64,000 nt of DNA, taken from Nanobdellota archaeon (GTDB lineage Archaea > Nanobdellota > Nanobdellia > Pacearchaeales > GW2011-AR1). The stretch is from positions 11,166 through 75,165 of the forward strand of contig JBBSZC010000004.1 of assembly GCA_038044925.1 (NCBI GenBank), written 5' to 3'. This document shows, piece by piece, positions 36,404-44,789 of this stretch. The notes under the pieces were generated by a model. That model did no database searches, was not told the origin of the DNA, and saw nothing but the letters and a program-made list of their open reading frames with translations. The number at the start of each line of letters is the position of its first letter. Positions within the stretch are counted from its first letter, which is position 1. The position numbers and the translations under genes were made by a program.

Positions 36404-37455
36404 TTAAAGGGAGCTAGGGATGGGTGCATAAATAGCTTTTACAACATTCCTCCTTAACTTAAAGCTATTAGCCCACTTTGCATAGGCGTTCCAACCATTA
36501 AAACTTTCTAATAGTTTTTCCTTACTTAATTCTCCGCTTTTGTGTTGTCTTATTCTGAATATTATATTTCTTAAATTTTTCTTTCTTAACAAGTTATAGT
36601 GATAGAATTTTCTAAACCCTACAAAATCAATTCCTCTTGATAGAGGAATTATTTTAGATTTCTGAGAATGTAGTTCTAGCTTTAATTTTTCTTTCAATAA
36701 TCTGTTTATTTGCTCTTTCCACACTTCTAGTTGTTCCTTAGAATTATGAAGAATAACAAAATCATCTACATATCTAATATAATATCTAGCCCGTAACTTA
36801 TTCTTAACAAACCAATCCAATTCGTGAAGATAAACGTTGGCGAAGAATTGGGAGGTTAGATTGCCGAGAGGCATTCCTTTCTCGCAAAAACTCGTTCGCC
36901 CCCCCCCCCGAACGAGTTCGGGCTGTTATTAAGAATCTGACCAATCAACCAAATAACTTTTTTATCTTTAATCTTTCTGCTTAAAATTTCTATTAAAATC
37001 TTGTAATTAACTTCTTTAAAATAATGCTTTATGTCTGCTTTCAAACAAAAGGAAATTCTGCTATTGTTTTTAGTAACTTTTCTCTGAAATAATTCAAATC
37101 TTTTAAGTGCAAATAAATTCCCCTTTCCTACTCTGTTCGCACAAGAATCATAAATAAAAGATTTGTCAAAAAGTGGCTCAATTATTCTAACAACTGCATG
37201 ATGAACTATTCTATCGGGAAAGGCAGACTTTGAAATTTTGCGGGTTTTTGGGTCTCTTAACACAAAGTTCTTTAGAGGTTCTGGCTTATATGTCTGATTT
37301 TTTAGCTTATCTGACAAGCTGATTAGATTTTTAAATAAATTAGCTTCAAATTCAATAACATAGTTCTTTTTAGTCTTGCCTTTTCTTGCTTTTCTCCAAG
37401 CAAGAATTAAGTTAGACAAATTATAAATCTGCTCATATAAGTTATTAGTTTCCAT
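36404..37455 (-). CDS. DGR-type reverse transcriptase, split into two ORFs (37455-36856 and 36874-36404) by a frameshift inside a G11 homopolymer
   Basis: N-terminal LILAWRKARKGK; motif 3 ADIKHYFKEV; motif 4 KGMPLGNLTSQFFANVYLHELD; motif 5 YVDDFVI; adding one G (12 instead of 11) gives continuous ...NSFGGGGRTSFCEKGMPLGN... Confidence 0.8.
36891..36917. repeat. C11 (G11 on the coding strand) homopolymer flanked by a 10-bp inverted repeat, AACTCGTTCG-C(n)-CGAACGAGTT, inside the RT gene
   Basis: 11 consecutive C at 36899-36909 in a roughly 29% GC genome; flanking arms perfectly complementary. Confidence 0.85.
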
Positions 37456-37484
37456 AATAAGTATAAAGTCTTAGGAGTTAGAGC

Positions 37485-37576
37485 TATTCCAGACGCATAA
37501 CCATACTCGACATCAGCATGGTAGTTGCCATTGACATTCAACCTGTCACCATTCCAGTTCGAATTCACCGCGGATA
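37485..37576 (-). other. DGR template repeat (TR)
   Basis: About 89-nt repeat of the VR; at all 13 mismatches TR has A on the coding strand; TR codons AAT/AAC dominate. Confidence 0.85.
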
Positions 37577-37746
37577 GTTATGTAGCCAGTTTACCTTCCT
37601 ATCACTGAAATTCCTCGTAAGGAAAATCTGTATTTTATGACTTAAAATAAAATCAAATATGTCTTGATAAATTGGCATGTAGCCCTAGCTTATCGCTAAG
37701 ACAAAAATTAACTAAAATAAGAATTAATAAACCTTTACTTATTTTT

Positions 37747-38442
37747 TTACGAAGCGCCTTCGGCGCTTTTTGGCAATACCCCAGACGCAAAACCATACCC
37801 GACATCAGCATGGTAGTAGCCATGGACATACAACCTGACACCAAGCCAGTCCGAATCCACCGCGGTATATTTTTTCAAATCTCTATTTTGAGAGTCTAAA
37901 GCACCAACATAAGGTGCTTTTCTGCTTATTTTTTCAGCAACTCTTGCTACAACATCTTCAGCGAAATCTTTATCTGTAACTTGTCCAATTATATAAGAAT
38001 TTGCAACTAAATCTGAAACTGACTGGTTTCCTGTCTTAAATCCATATTTAACTAATCTTACTGCCTTATCTCCATCTTTCATTCTTTTTATTAAACTTGC
38101 CCTATCTGTTGGCATAGTTCCATCAATATTATCATAAAGAATAACATCTTCTTTTCCCCATAAATTCTCAGTAGTCGTCAATAGCCATTGGTTTTTTACT
38201 CTGGAAACTATATCCTTGCATTGTTTATTATCTGGATTGCTTAATGCAAAATCTATTAAAGAAAATGTCTGGGCAGTTGTAGGTCTTAGTAATTTTCCTT
38301 TTGTAATTGCACCCATAACTTTTTGGTGAGTTCCTGGTCCTTCAAGAGGATAAGCACTTGTTAAAATCCCATTTCCGTGCTTATAATCCATTTCGGTTCT
38401 AGCTATTCTTATTCTTCCACCATTTAGTTCTTTAGTTATCAT
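37747..38442 (-). CDS. DGR target (variable) protein with C-terminal VR; N-terminal domain of unknown family
   Basis: 231-aa ORF; the last roughly 40 aa are encoded by the VR; no obvious signal peptide. Confidence 0.75.
   Translation of the reverse strand: MITKELNGGRIRIARTEMDYKHGNGILTSAYPLEGPGTHQKVMGAITKGKLLRPTTAQTFSLIDFALSNPDNKQCKDIVSRVKNQWLLTTTENLWGKEDVILYDNIDGTMPTDRASLIKRMKDGDKAVRLVKYGFKTGNQSVSDLVANSYIIGQVTDKDFAEDVVARVAEKISRKAPYVGALDSQNRDLKKYTAVDSDWLGVRLYVHGYYHADVGYGFASGVLPKSAEGAS
37750..37773 (-). promoter_or_regulatory. GC-rich stem-loop (7-bp stem AAGCGCC/GGCGCTT, 4-nt loop) 8 nt downstream of the VR
   Basis: Perfect GC-rich hairpin in an AT-rich context, at the position of the homing-enhancing hairpin of characterised DGRs. 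Confidence 0.5.
37777..37868 (-). other. DGR variable repeat (VR) encoding the C-terminus of the target protein
   Basis: See TR; VR reads ...TAVDSDWLGVRLYVHGYYHADVGYGFASGV versus TR SAVNSNWNGDRLNVNGNYHADVEYGYASGI. Confidence 0.85.
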
Positions 38443-38463
38443 AGTTTTTATAGAAATATAAAC

Positions 38464-38473
38464 TTTATAAATC
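38464..38473 (-). promoter_or_regulatory. TATA-box-like TTTATAAA about 28 nt upstream of the DGR target ATG (leaderless-type promoter candidate)
   Basis: AT-rich box at the spacing expected for archaeal promoters. Confidence 0.25.
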
Positions 38474-38791
38474 TTTCGATTACGTTGTATCTATATAGTA
38501 GTTACTCTTACTTAGTATGACATCCTCCGAAAAGTTTATTTATGAGAAACCTCTAGCTACATTGTTGTGATTCAATGAGCTACAACTAGCTCATTTTTTA
38601 TAATCAGATTAGAAATAAATAATTATCGAGAATCAGACGCAATTCATCTGTCCGCTAAAGCAGACAGATTTCTTGCGAAGCTTTAACAATTCAGAAGAAT
38701 GAAAAGCCTTAAAAACCCACTTTTTCTATGTATTTTATTCCAGGTAAATTAAAATGTTATCCGCACAATTGATAAGTATCATAAATAAGAA

Positions 38792-39733
38792 ATGGCAGCA
38801 CCAAGAGCACCAAGAAAAGGAAGTTTACAAATCTGGCCTAGAAAAAGGGCTAGAAAGTTTTTACCTAGAGTAAACTGGAGTGGAATTAATTCTGGAAAAA
38901 ATCTTAAAGGTTTTATATGCTATAAAGCGGGAATGAGTTCTGCTTATGTAAAAGACAATACTCCTAATTCTATGACAAAAGACAGGACAAAAATAATTCC
39001 GGTAACAATTCTTGAGTGTCCTCCTATGAAGATACTCTCTATACGATTCTATAAATATGGAAAAGTTGCAAAAGAGGTTTTAAATGAAGGATTAGAAAAG
39101 GAATTAAAAAGAAAATTAAAACTTCCTAAAATCTATAAAAATAAATTAGAAAATATTAAATTAGAAGATTACGATGATGTTAAGGTTATTGTTTATTCTT
39201 TGGTTAAAAAAACAAACATAAAAAAAACTCCAGACTTATCAGAATTAGGATTGAATGGGCGTTTAGATGATAAAATGAATTTTATTAAAGATAACTTACA
39301 TAAGGAGATTTCTGTAACTCATATTTTTGGAAAAGGAAATCTTGTTGATTTAAGGGGTTTGACAAAGGGTAAGGGATTACAGGGGCCTGTAAAAAGATTT
39401 GGAATCACTCTCAAATCTCATAAGTCAGAAAAGGGTGTGAGAAGACCTGGAAGTTTGGGTCCATGGCATCCTGCAAGAGTAACTTTCAGAGCTCCTATGG
39501 CAGGGCAATTAGGGATGTTTTCAAGAGTAATTTATAATAACAAATTAGTGGATATTGGAAAAGCTGAAGAAAAATTTAAAGGGATTAAAAATTACGGAGA
39601 TATTAAAACAGATTACGTGGTAGTTTATGGCTCTGTACAAGGGCCAGCAAAAAGACAATTATTAATGACTTCTGCTCTTAGAGAAACAAGAAAACAAGCT
39701 AAAAAAAATTATGAGGTTATTGAGTTAAGATGA
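38792..39733 (+). CDS. rpl3: ribosomal protein L3 (uL3)
   Basis: Family similarity; first gene of the L3-L4-L23-L2 operon. Confidence 0.9.
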   Translation: MAAPRAPRKGSLQIWPRKRARKFLPRVNWSGINSGKNLKGFICYKAGMSSAYVKDNTPNSMTKDRTKIIPVTILECPPMKILSIRFYKYGKVAKEVLNEGLEKELKRKLKLPKIYKNKLENIKLEDYDDVKVIVYSLVKKTNIKKTPDLSELGLNGRLDDKMNFIKDNLHKEISVTHIFGKGNLVDLRGLTKGKGLQGPVKRFGITLKSHKSEKGVRRPGSLGPWHPARVTFRAPMAGQLGMFSRVIYNNKLVDIGKAEEKFKGIKNYGDIKTDYVVVYGSVQGPAKRQLLMTSALRETRKQAKKNYEVIELR

Positions 39734-40551
39734 ATGAAAAAATAAATGTTTTAGATATTCAAGGAAAGAAAATAAAAGAAATTGAGATGCCTGAATTTTT
39801 CAAGCAGAAAATAAGAGAAGATATAATCTCTAAAATAATAGAATCAAGAAAATCAAAACAGCCTTATGCTCCTTCACCTGTTGCAGGAAAACAGCACTCT
39901 GCTTCAGGACTAATAAGACACAGAAGACATGTCTGGAAAACTCATTATGGGCAGGGAAGGTCAAGAATTCCAAGAAAAATAATTTCTAAGAAAGGAAACA
40001 GAATAAACTGGATTGGGGCTGAAATTCCATCTACTAGGGGAGGTAGAAGAGCGCATCCTCCTAGAGTTGAAGGAACCATTAATGCTAATAAAATAAACAG
40101 AAAAGAATTGAGAATCGCCTTGCTGTCTGCTTTAAGTGCAAGTGCAAACCCAAAAGAAATAAAAAAGAAATATGAAAATTTAAGAGAAAAAAATATTAAT
40201 GCTCCGTTTGTTGTGGACGGAAAAATAACAGAATTGAAAACAAAGGAAGTTGTAGAAACCTTAGGAAAGGTTTTGGGGGAGGCTTTTGGTGCTGCTATTT
40301 CAAAAAAATCAATAAGAGCTGGAAAAGGAAAGCGAAGAGGGAGAAAATACAAAGAAACAGCAGGAGCCTTAATTGTTTTAGGAAACAGCGAAAAAATAAA
40401 AACAAATATTATTGAAAGCAAGAATGTTTCAAACCTTAATGTTATTGATTTATCTAATGGTGGACAAGGAAAATTAACAATTTATACTGAAAATGCAATT
40501 AAAGATTTAAATGAAAGGCTTAATAAAACTAAGGAGGAAAAAGAAAAATGA
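39730..40551 (+). CDS. rpl4: ribosomal protein L4 (uL4)
   Basis: Family similarity and position. Confidence 0.85.
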   Translation: MNEKINVLDIQGKKIKEIEMPEFFKQKIREDIISKIIESRKSKQPYAPSPVAGKQHSASGLIRHRRHVWKTHYGQGRSRIPRKIISKKGNRINWIGAEIPSTRGGRRAHPPRVEGTINANKINRKELRIALLSALSASANPKEIKKKYENLREKNINAPFVVDGKITELKTKEVVETLGKVLGEAFGAAISKKSIRAGKGKRRGRKYKETAGALIVLGNSEKIKTNIIESKNVSNLNVIDLSNGGQGKLTIYTENAIKDLNERLNKTKEEKEK

Positions 40552-41225
40552 TATCTTTAGATATAGAAACAAGTGGAATTGATATGTCTTGTTGTGGAAT
40601 TTGGCAGATTGGTGCACTAGAAATAGAAAATCCAGAAAATGTCTTTTTGCAGGAAGCACGAATTGATGCTTTAGATATTATTGAACCAGAAGCTCTAGTT
40701 GTTACAGAAAAAACCGAAGAAGAATTAAGAAGTAGGGGAAAACAATCTCAAAGAGGATTAATACAAAGTTTTCTAGAGTGGAGGGGGTTTTGTGAAGTAA
40801 AGACCGCATTATGCCACAATCCGCAATTTGATATTGGATTTATAACTCTTAAATCTTTAAAATATTTTAAAAAAGATCCATTTTGGCCAATCTATCATAG
40901 AGCATTTGATTTGCATACTCTCGCACAACAAAGATATTTTCAAGAAAATGGAAGATTTTTAATTGATGGGGATCATAGCGATATGGGTTTATCTAAAATA
41001 TTAAAATTTGTGGGAATAGAAGATAAAAGAAGAGCAATTAAAGATGGAAAAGTAGAAAGAGAAGGCAACCCCCATAACGCATTAGAAGATGCAAAATTAA
41101 CTGCAGAATGCTTTTCAAGATTAATTTATGGAAAAACCATTTTTCCAGAATATACTAAATTTAAAGTTCCAGAATATCTATTAAATCCAAGAATAAAGAA
41201 TAAAAATGAAACCAATTATTACTGA
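40548..41225 (+). CDS. DEDDh 3'-5' exonuclease (DnaQ/RNase T-like) embedded between L4 and L23
   Basis: Exo I LDIETSG, Exo II HNPQFDIGFI, Exo III HNALEDA; overlaps both neighbours. Confidence 0.75.
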   Translation: MISLDIETSGIDMSCCGIWQIGALEIENPENVFLQEARIDALDIIEPEALVVTEKTEEELRSRGKQSQRGLIQSFLEWRGFCEVKTALCHNPQFDIGFITLKSLKYFKKDPFWPIYHRAFDLHTLAQQRYFQENGRFLIDGDHSDMGLSKILKFVGIEDKRRAIKDGKVEREGNPHNALEDAKLTAECFSRLIYGKTIFPEYTKFKVPEYLLNPRIKNKNETNYY

Positions 41226-41442
41226 AAAAGCTGTAATGATGATTGAAGCTAAAAACACTTTAGTATTTGAAATGGGAATTAAAATAAAAAAACCAGAAAT
41301 TAAAAAAGAATTTGAAGAAGTTTTTAATGTTAAAATAAAAAGGATAAATACCCACATAAAAGACAATAAAAAATATGCTTATATTCAATTAAAGCCAGAA
41401 TTTCCTGCTATTGATATAGCAACGAAATTAGGATTGATGTAA
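41206..41442 (+). CDS. rpl23: ribosomal protein L23 (uL23)
   Basis: Family similarity. Confidence 0.8.
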   Translation: MKPIITEKAVMMIEAKNTLVFEMGIKIKKPEIKKEFEEVFNVKIKRINTHIKDNKKYAYIQLKPEFPAIDIATKLGLM

Positions 41443-41443
41443 A

Positions 41444-41818
41444 ATGGCAGAGAAAAATACTGAAATAATCCGAGCAATTAATAATCTAAATAGTAACGAA
41501 GCCTTAAAAATTGGTATCTGTAGAGAGTCTCATGGGACAGATGAGGGACCTTTATTTCATGCTTATATGGAAATAGAAGGGAAGGAAGTTTATTTAACTG
41601 CCCATTGCTGTGAATTAAGCTTTGCAGTAGATTTATCAGATAAATTAAATAAAATAGGCGTAGAAAGAGTGATTCTCTCTCCTCTTAATATTAAAAAACA
41701 TCAAAAAAATTATTCCGTCTCTAAAAGTGATTTAGATTTGTTGAGAGGATTATTATCAAGGAATGGGATTCAAACCGAGATAGATTTAGAACATTTAACT
41801 TTAAATAAATTTTATTAA
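41444..41818 (+). CDS. hypothetical protein inserted between L23 and L2
   Basis: 124-aa ORF; no ribosomal protein family recognised. Confidence 0.35.
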   Translation: MAEKNTEIIRAINNLNSNEALKIGICRESHGTDEGPLFHAYMEIEGKEVYLTAHCCELSFAVDLSDKLNKIGVERVILSPLNIKKHQKNYSVSKSDLDLLRGLLSRNGIQTEIDLEHLTLNKFY

Positions 41819-41819
41819 A

Positions 41820-42518
41820 ATGGGAAAGACAATAATTCAACAAGCGCGAGGGCATGGAAGCATGACTTATCAAGTCAGAAAAAAAGCTTATATTTACAGA
41901 ATTGGATATCCAAGGAATTTAACAGGAATTGGAGAAGTCGCAAGACTCTTCAATTCATCAGCACATTCAACACCTATGGCGGAAATAAGATGGCAGGGTA
42001 AAAAATTTTATATTCCTGCATTTAAAGGAATGTATGAAGGACAAGAAATAAATTTTAATGAAAAAACAATAATTGAAGGAAATATTTTGAAATTAAAAGA
42101 TATTCCAATTAATACAAATATTTATTGCATAGAATCAAGACCTAATGATGGGGGAGTTTTTGTAAGAACTAGCGGAAATAATGCAGTAGTTAATAGAGTT
42201 GTTGGAGAAAAAATTGAGATTTTAATGCCTTCAAAAAAAGGAAAAGAATTTAATGAAAATTGCAGAGCTGTTATTGGAGTTATTGCAGGAGCAGGAAGAT
42301 TAGATAAGCCATTTGTAAAAGCAGGAAGCAAATTTTTTAAGATGAAAGCGAGAAATAAATTTTGGCCGAGAACTTCAGCTGTGAAGTTTAATGCGATAGA
42401 TCACCCATTTGGAAGTGGTAGAGGTAAAAGAATTAAGAGTAAGATTGCTAAGAGAAACGCACCTCCTGGAGCCAAAGTAGGATTAATAAGACCAAAGAGA
42501 ACTGGTAGGAAAAGATAA
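41820..42518 (+). CDS. rpl2: ribosomal protein L2 (uL2)
   Basis: Family similarity. Confidence 0.85.
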   Translation: MGKTIIQQARGHGSMTYQVRKKAYIYRIGYPRNLTGIGEVARLFNSSAHSTPMAEIRWQGKKFYIPAFKGMYEGQEINFNEKTIIEGNILKLKDIPINTNIYCIESRPNDGGVFVRTSGNNAVVNRVVGEKIEILMPSKKGKEFNENCRAVIGVIAGAGRLDKPFVKAGSKFFKMKARNKFWPRTSAVKFNAIDHPFGSGRGKRIKSKIAKRNAPPGAKVGLIRPKRTGRKR

Positions 42519-42519
42519 A

Positions 42520-42924
42520 ATGACAGAAGAAAAAGAAACTAAAAAACAATTTACATATAGGGGAAAGACCCTTGAAGACTTGAAAAAGCTAGATGTAAGA
42601 GAATTTGCAAAGTTAGTAAAATCTAAAGATAGAAGATATATTTTAAGCCAATTTCAAGATATAGAGAAATTTATCCATAGAAGCAAAGAAAAATTAGGAA
42701 AAAAGAAACAAATAAAGACCCATAATAGAAGAATAGTAATTGTCCCAGAAATGGTTGGAATGAAAATCGGTGTGTATAACGGGAAACAATTCCTTCCGGT
42801 TGATATTACTGAAGATATGCTTGGTTATAAATTAGGAGAGTTTGCTCCAACAAGATCAAAGGTCAAACATGGAAGCGCAGGAATTGGTGCTACAAAGGGA
42901 TCAAAATCTAAAGCCAAGAAATAA
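42520..42924 (+). CDS. rps19: ribosomal protein S19 (uS19)
   Basis: [35 protein letters not shown]. Confidence 0.85.
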   Translation: MTEEKETKKQFTYRGKTLEDLKKLDVREFAKLVKSKDRRYILSQFQDIEKFIHRSKEKLGKKKQIKTHNRRIVIVPEMVGMKIGVYNGKQFLPVDITEDMLGYKLGEFAPTRSKVKHGSAGIGATKGSKSKAKK

Positions 42925-42926
42925 AA

Positions 42927-43472
42927 ATGGATAACAGAGAAACAATAAAACACAACGAGAAAGAAGAACATATTCATAAAGAACATAGTCACACTCAAAA
43001 ACATAATCATGCTCATGAAGAAAAAGCAGGAGGAAAAACTAAAAAGAAAGAGCCAGAACACAAAATCAAGAAAGAAGAAGCAGTAATTAATGCTAAAAGC
43101 CTTCCAATATCAACAAAAAAGGCAGGAGCGTTTTGTAATTTTGTCAAGAAAAAATCCATAGAAAAAGCATTAGATGATCTTCAAAAAGTAGTCCTTATGA
43201 AAAAGGCAGTTCCGAGTAAAGGAGAATTTGCGCATAGAAAAGGAAAAGGAATTGCCGGAGGAATATATGCAACAAATACAGCAAAGTGTTTTATAATGCT
43301 TGTGAGAAGTTTAAGCGCAAATGCAACATATAATGGACTTGAAGACCCAATAATTGTTGAAGCTTTTGCAAATAAAGCAATGATGCCTTATGGAAGATTT
43401 GGAAGAACTAGAAAAAAAAGAACTCATGTTACAATTATAGCAAGAGAGAGAAAAACTGGAAGGAAAAAATAA
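42927..43472 (+). CDS. rpl22: ribosomal protein L22 (uL22) with a His/Lys-rich N-terminal extension of about 45 aa
   Basis: L22 core from about residue 50; N-terminus HNEKEEHIHKEHSHTQKHNHAHEEK. Confidence 0.8.
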   Translation: MDNRETIKHNEKEEHIHKEHSHTQKHNHAHEEKAGGKTKKKEPEHKIKKEEAVINAKSLPISTKKAGAFCNFVKKKSIEKALDDLQKVVLMKKAVPSKGEFAHRKGKGIAGGIYATNTAKCFIMLVRSLSANATYNGLEDPIIVEAFANKAMMPYGRFGRTRKKRTHVTIIARERKTGRKK

Positions 43473-43474
43473 AC

Positions 43475-44182
43475 ATGGAAGAGAAAAAAATAGTTGAATT
43501 AAAAAAAGAAGAATTTGCTATTAGAGAAAATATTAAAAATATTCTTGGAAAAGGAAAAATAAGCAGAGTTGGAATAGAATACACGCCAATCGGAGAAAAA
43601 ATAATTGTTTCAACAAACAAACCAGGATTAGTAATAGGGAGAAAAGGAGAAAAAATAGAAGAGTTAACAAATGTTTTAAAGAAAAAATTCAAACTTGAAA
43701 ATCCACATATAGAAATTAATGAAATATTAAAGCCGGAATTTGATGCGCAATTGATTGCAGATGAAATAGCAATGAGTTTAGAGAGATTAGGGCCTATGAA
43801 ATTCAAAGTTATTGCATATAAAACTCTGCAGAAAGTTATGAATGCTGGAGCAATGGGATGTGAGCTGAGATTATCTGGAAAATTGCCTTCGAGCAGAGCA
43901 AAACAATGGAGATTCTCACAAGGATATTTGAAAAAAACAGGAGATACTGCTAAAGTTGTAGACAGGGCGCAAGCAGTTGCACAGACAAAGCCAGGAACAG
44001 TTGGAATAAAAGTAAGTATTTTGTCTCCTGATGCTCCATTGCATGATAAAATAGAGGTAAATGATGAGTTATTAAGAAGATTGAGAATGAATGTTTCTTC
44101 AGAAAAGGAAAAAATAGAAGAAAAACCAAAGAAAAAAACGAAAAAAACAACAAAGAAAACCAAAAAGGAAAAACTTGAATAA
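43475..44182 (+). CDS. rps3: ribosomal protein S3 (uS3) with Lys-rich tail
   Basis: KH domain and S3 C-terminal domain. Confidence 0.85.
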   Translation: MEEKKIVELKKEEFAIRENIKNILGKGKISRVGIEYTPIGEKIIVSTNKPGLVIGRKGEKIEELTNVLKKKFKLENPHIEINEILKPEFDAQLIADEIAMSLERLGPMKFKVIAYKTLQKVMNAGAMGCELRLSGKLPSSRAKQWRFSQGYLKKTGDTAKVVDRAQAVAQTKPGTVGIKVSILSPDAPLHDKIEVNDELLRRLRMNVSSEKEKIEEKPKKKTKKTTKKTKKEKLE

Positions 44183-44184
44183 AA

Positions 44185-44406
44185 ATGGCAGTATTAAAAA
44201 TTAAAGATATTAAAAACATGAGCAAGGAAGATATAGAGAAGAAATTAAAAGAATTAAAATTTGAATTAATTAAATCAAAGGCTAATGCGGCGAAATCCGG
44301 CAAATCGAATAAAAGAGAAATAAAAAAAATAATTGCTAGAATACTCACACTCAACAAAAGTTCTCCTTTAAATATGGAAACTTCAGAGAGAAAAACAACA
44401 AAATAA
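44185..44406 (+). CDS. rpl29: ribosomal protein L29 (uL29)
   Basis: Family similarity. Confidence 0.8.
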   Translation: MAVLKIKDIKNMSKEDIEKKLKELKFELIKSKANAAKSGKSNKREIKKIIARILTLNKSSPLNMETSERKTTK

Positions 44407-44410
44407 CAAT

Positions 44411-44710
44411 ATGGATATATGTCCAAAATGCGGCCTGCCAATGCAGGCATGTGTATGCGAACAAATCGTAAAGAGTTCGCAGAGAATAAAAATATCTCTT
44501 GAAAAAAAGAGATATGGTAAAATAGCTACGATAGTGACTGGATTTGACAAGGGATTTGACATGAAAAAAATCGCAAAAGCTCTAAAAAATGAGCTTGCTT
44601 GCGGAGGAACATACAGAGACGGCGAAGTCGAACTTCAAGGAGACCACAAGAAAAAAGTAAAACCAATCCTTATAAAGCTGGATTTTGAAGAAAGTTCAAT
44701 AGAAGAGTAA
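44411..44710 (+). CDS. sui1: translation initiation factor SUI1 (aIF1)
   Basis: N-terminal CPKCG...CVC zinc site; ACGGTYRDGEVELQGDHKKKVKPILIKLDF. Confidence 0.8.
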   Translation: MDICPKCGLPMQACVCEQIVKSSQRIKISLEKKRYGKIATIVTGFDKGFDMKKIAKALKNELACGGTYRDGEVELQGDHKKKVKPILIKLDFEESSIEE

Positions 44711-44789
44711 AACAAAAAACGCATACACAAAAAATTGAAGGTGAAAAAGAGCTCTCTTTTAAAAAGAGACTTCAGAGAGAAAAGAAAAA

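Larger units (their letters stand above)
36404..38442 (-). mobile_element. diversity-generating retroelement cassette (target-VR, TR, RT)
   Basis: Canonical target-VR ... TR-RT arrangement with an adenine-specific TR/VR mismatch pattern. Confidence 0.8.

Noticed and set aside
36891-36917. Poly-C tract read as a CRISPR or low-complexity artefact
   Set aside because: It is a single tract, not an array. It sits precisely at the RT frameshift and within a perfect inverted repeat, so it is reported as a finding rather than dismissed.
37485-37868. TR/VR interpreted as a plain tandem gene-fragment duplication
   Set aside because: A neutral duplication would accumulate mismatches at all four bases. 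Here 13/13 differences are at template adenines and map onto AAY codons.
37653-37899. ORFs 37653-37844 (-) and 37672-37899 (+) overlapping the VR/TR spacer
   Set aside because: They overlap the VR and the GC hairpin, have no start context, and owe their length to the GC-rich repeat.
43435-44450. Long minus-strand ORFs 43435-44163 and 43950-44450
   Set aside because: They are antisense to rps3/rpl29 with highly biased F/S/L composition, typical shadows of AT-rich Lys/Glu-rich genes on the other strand.
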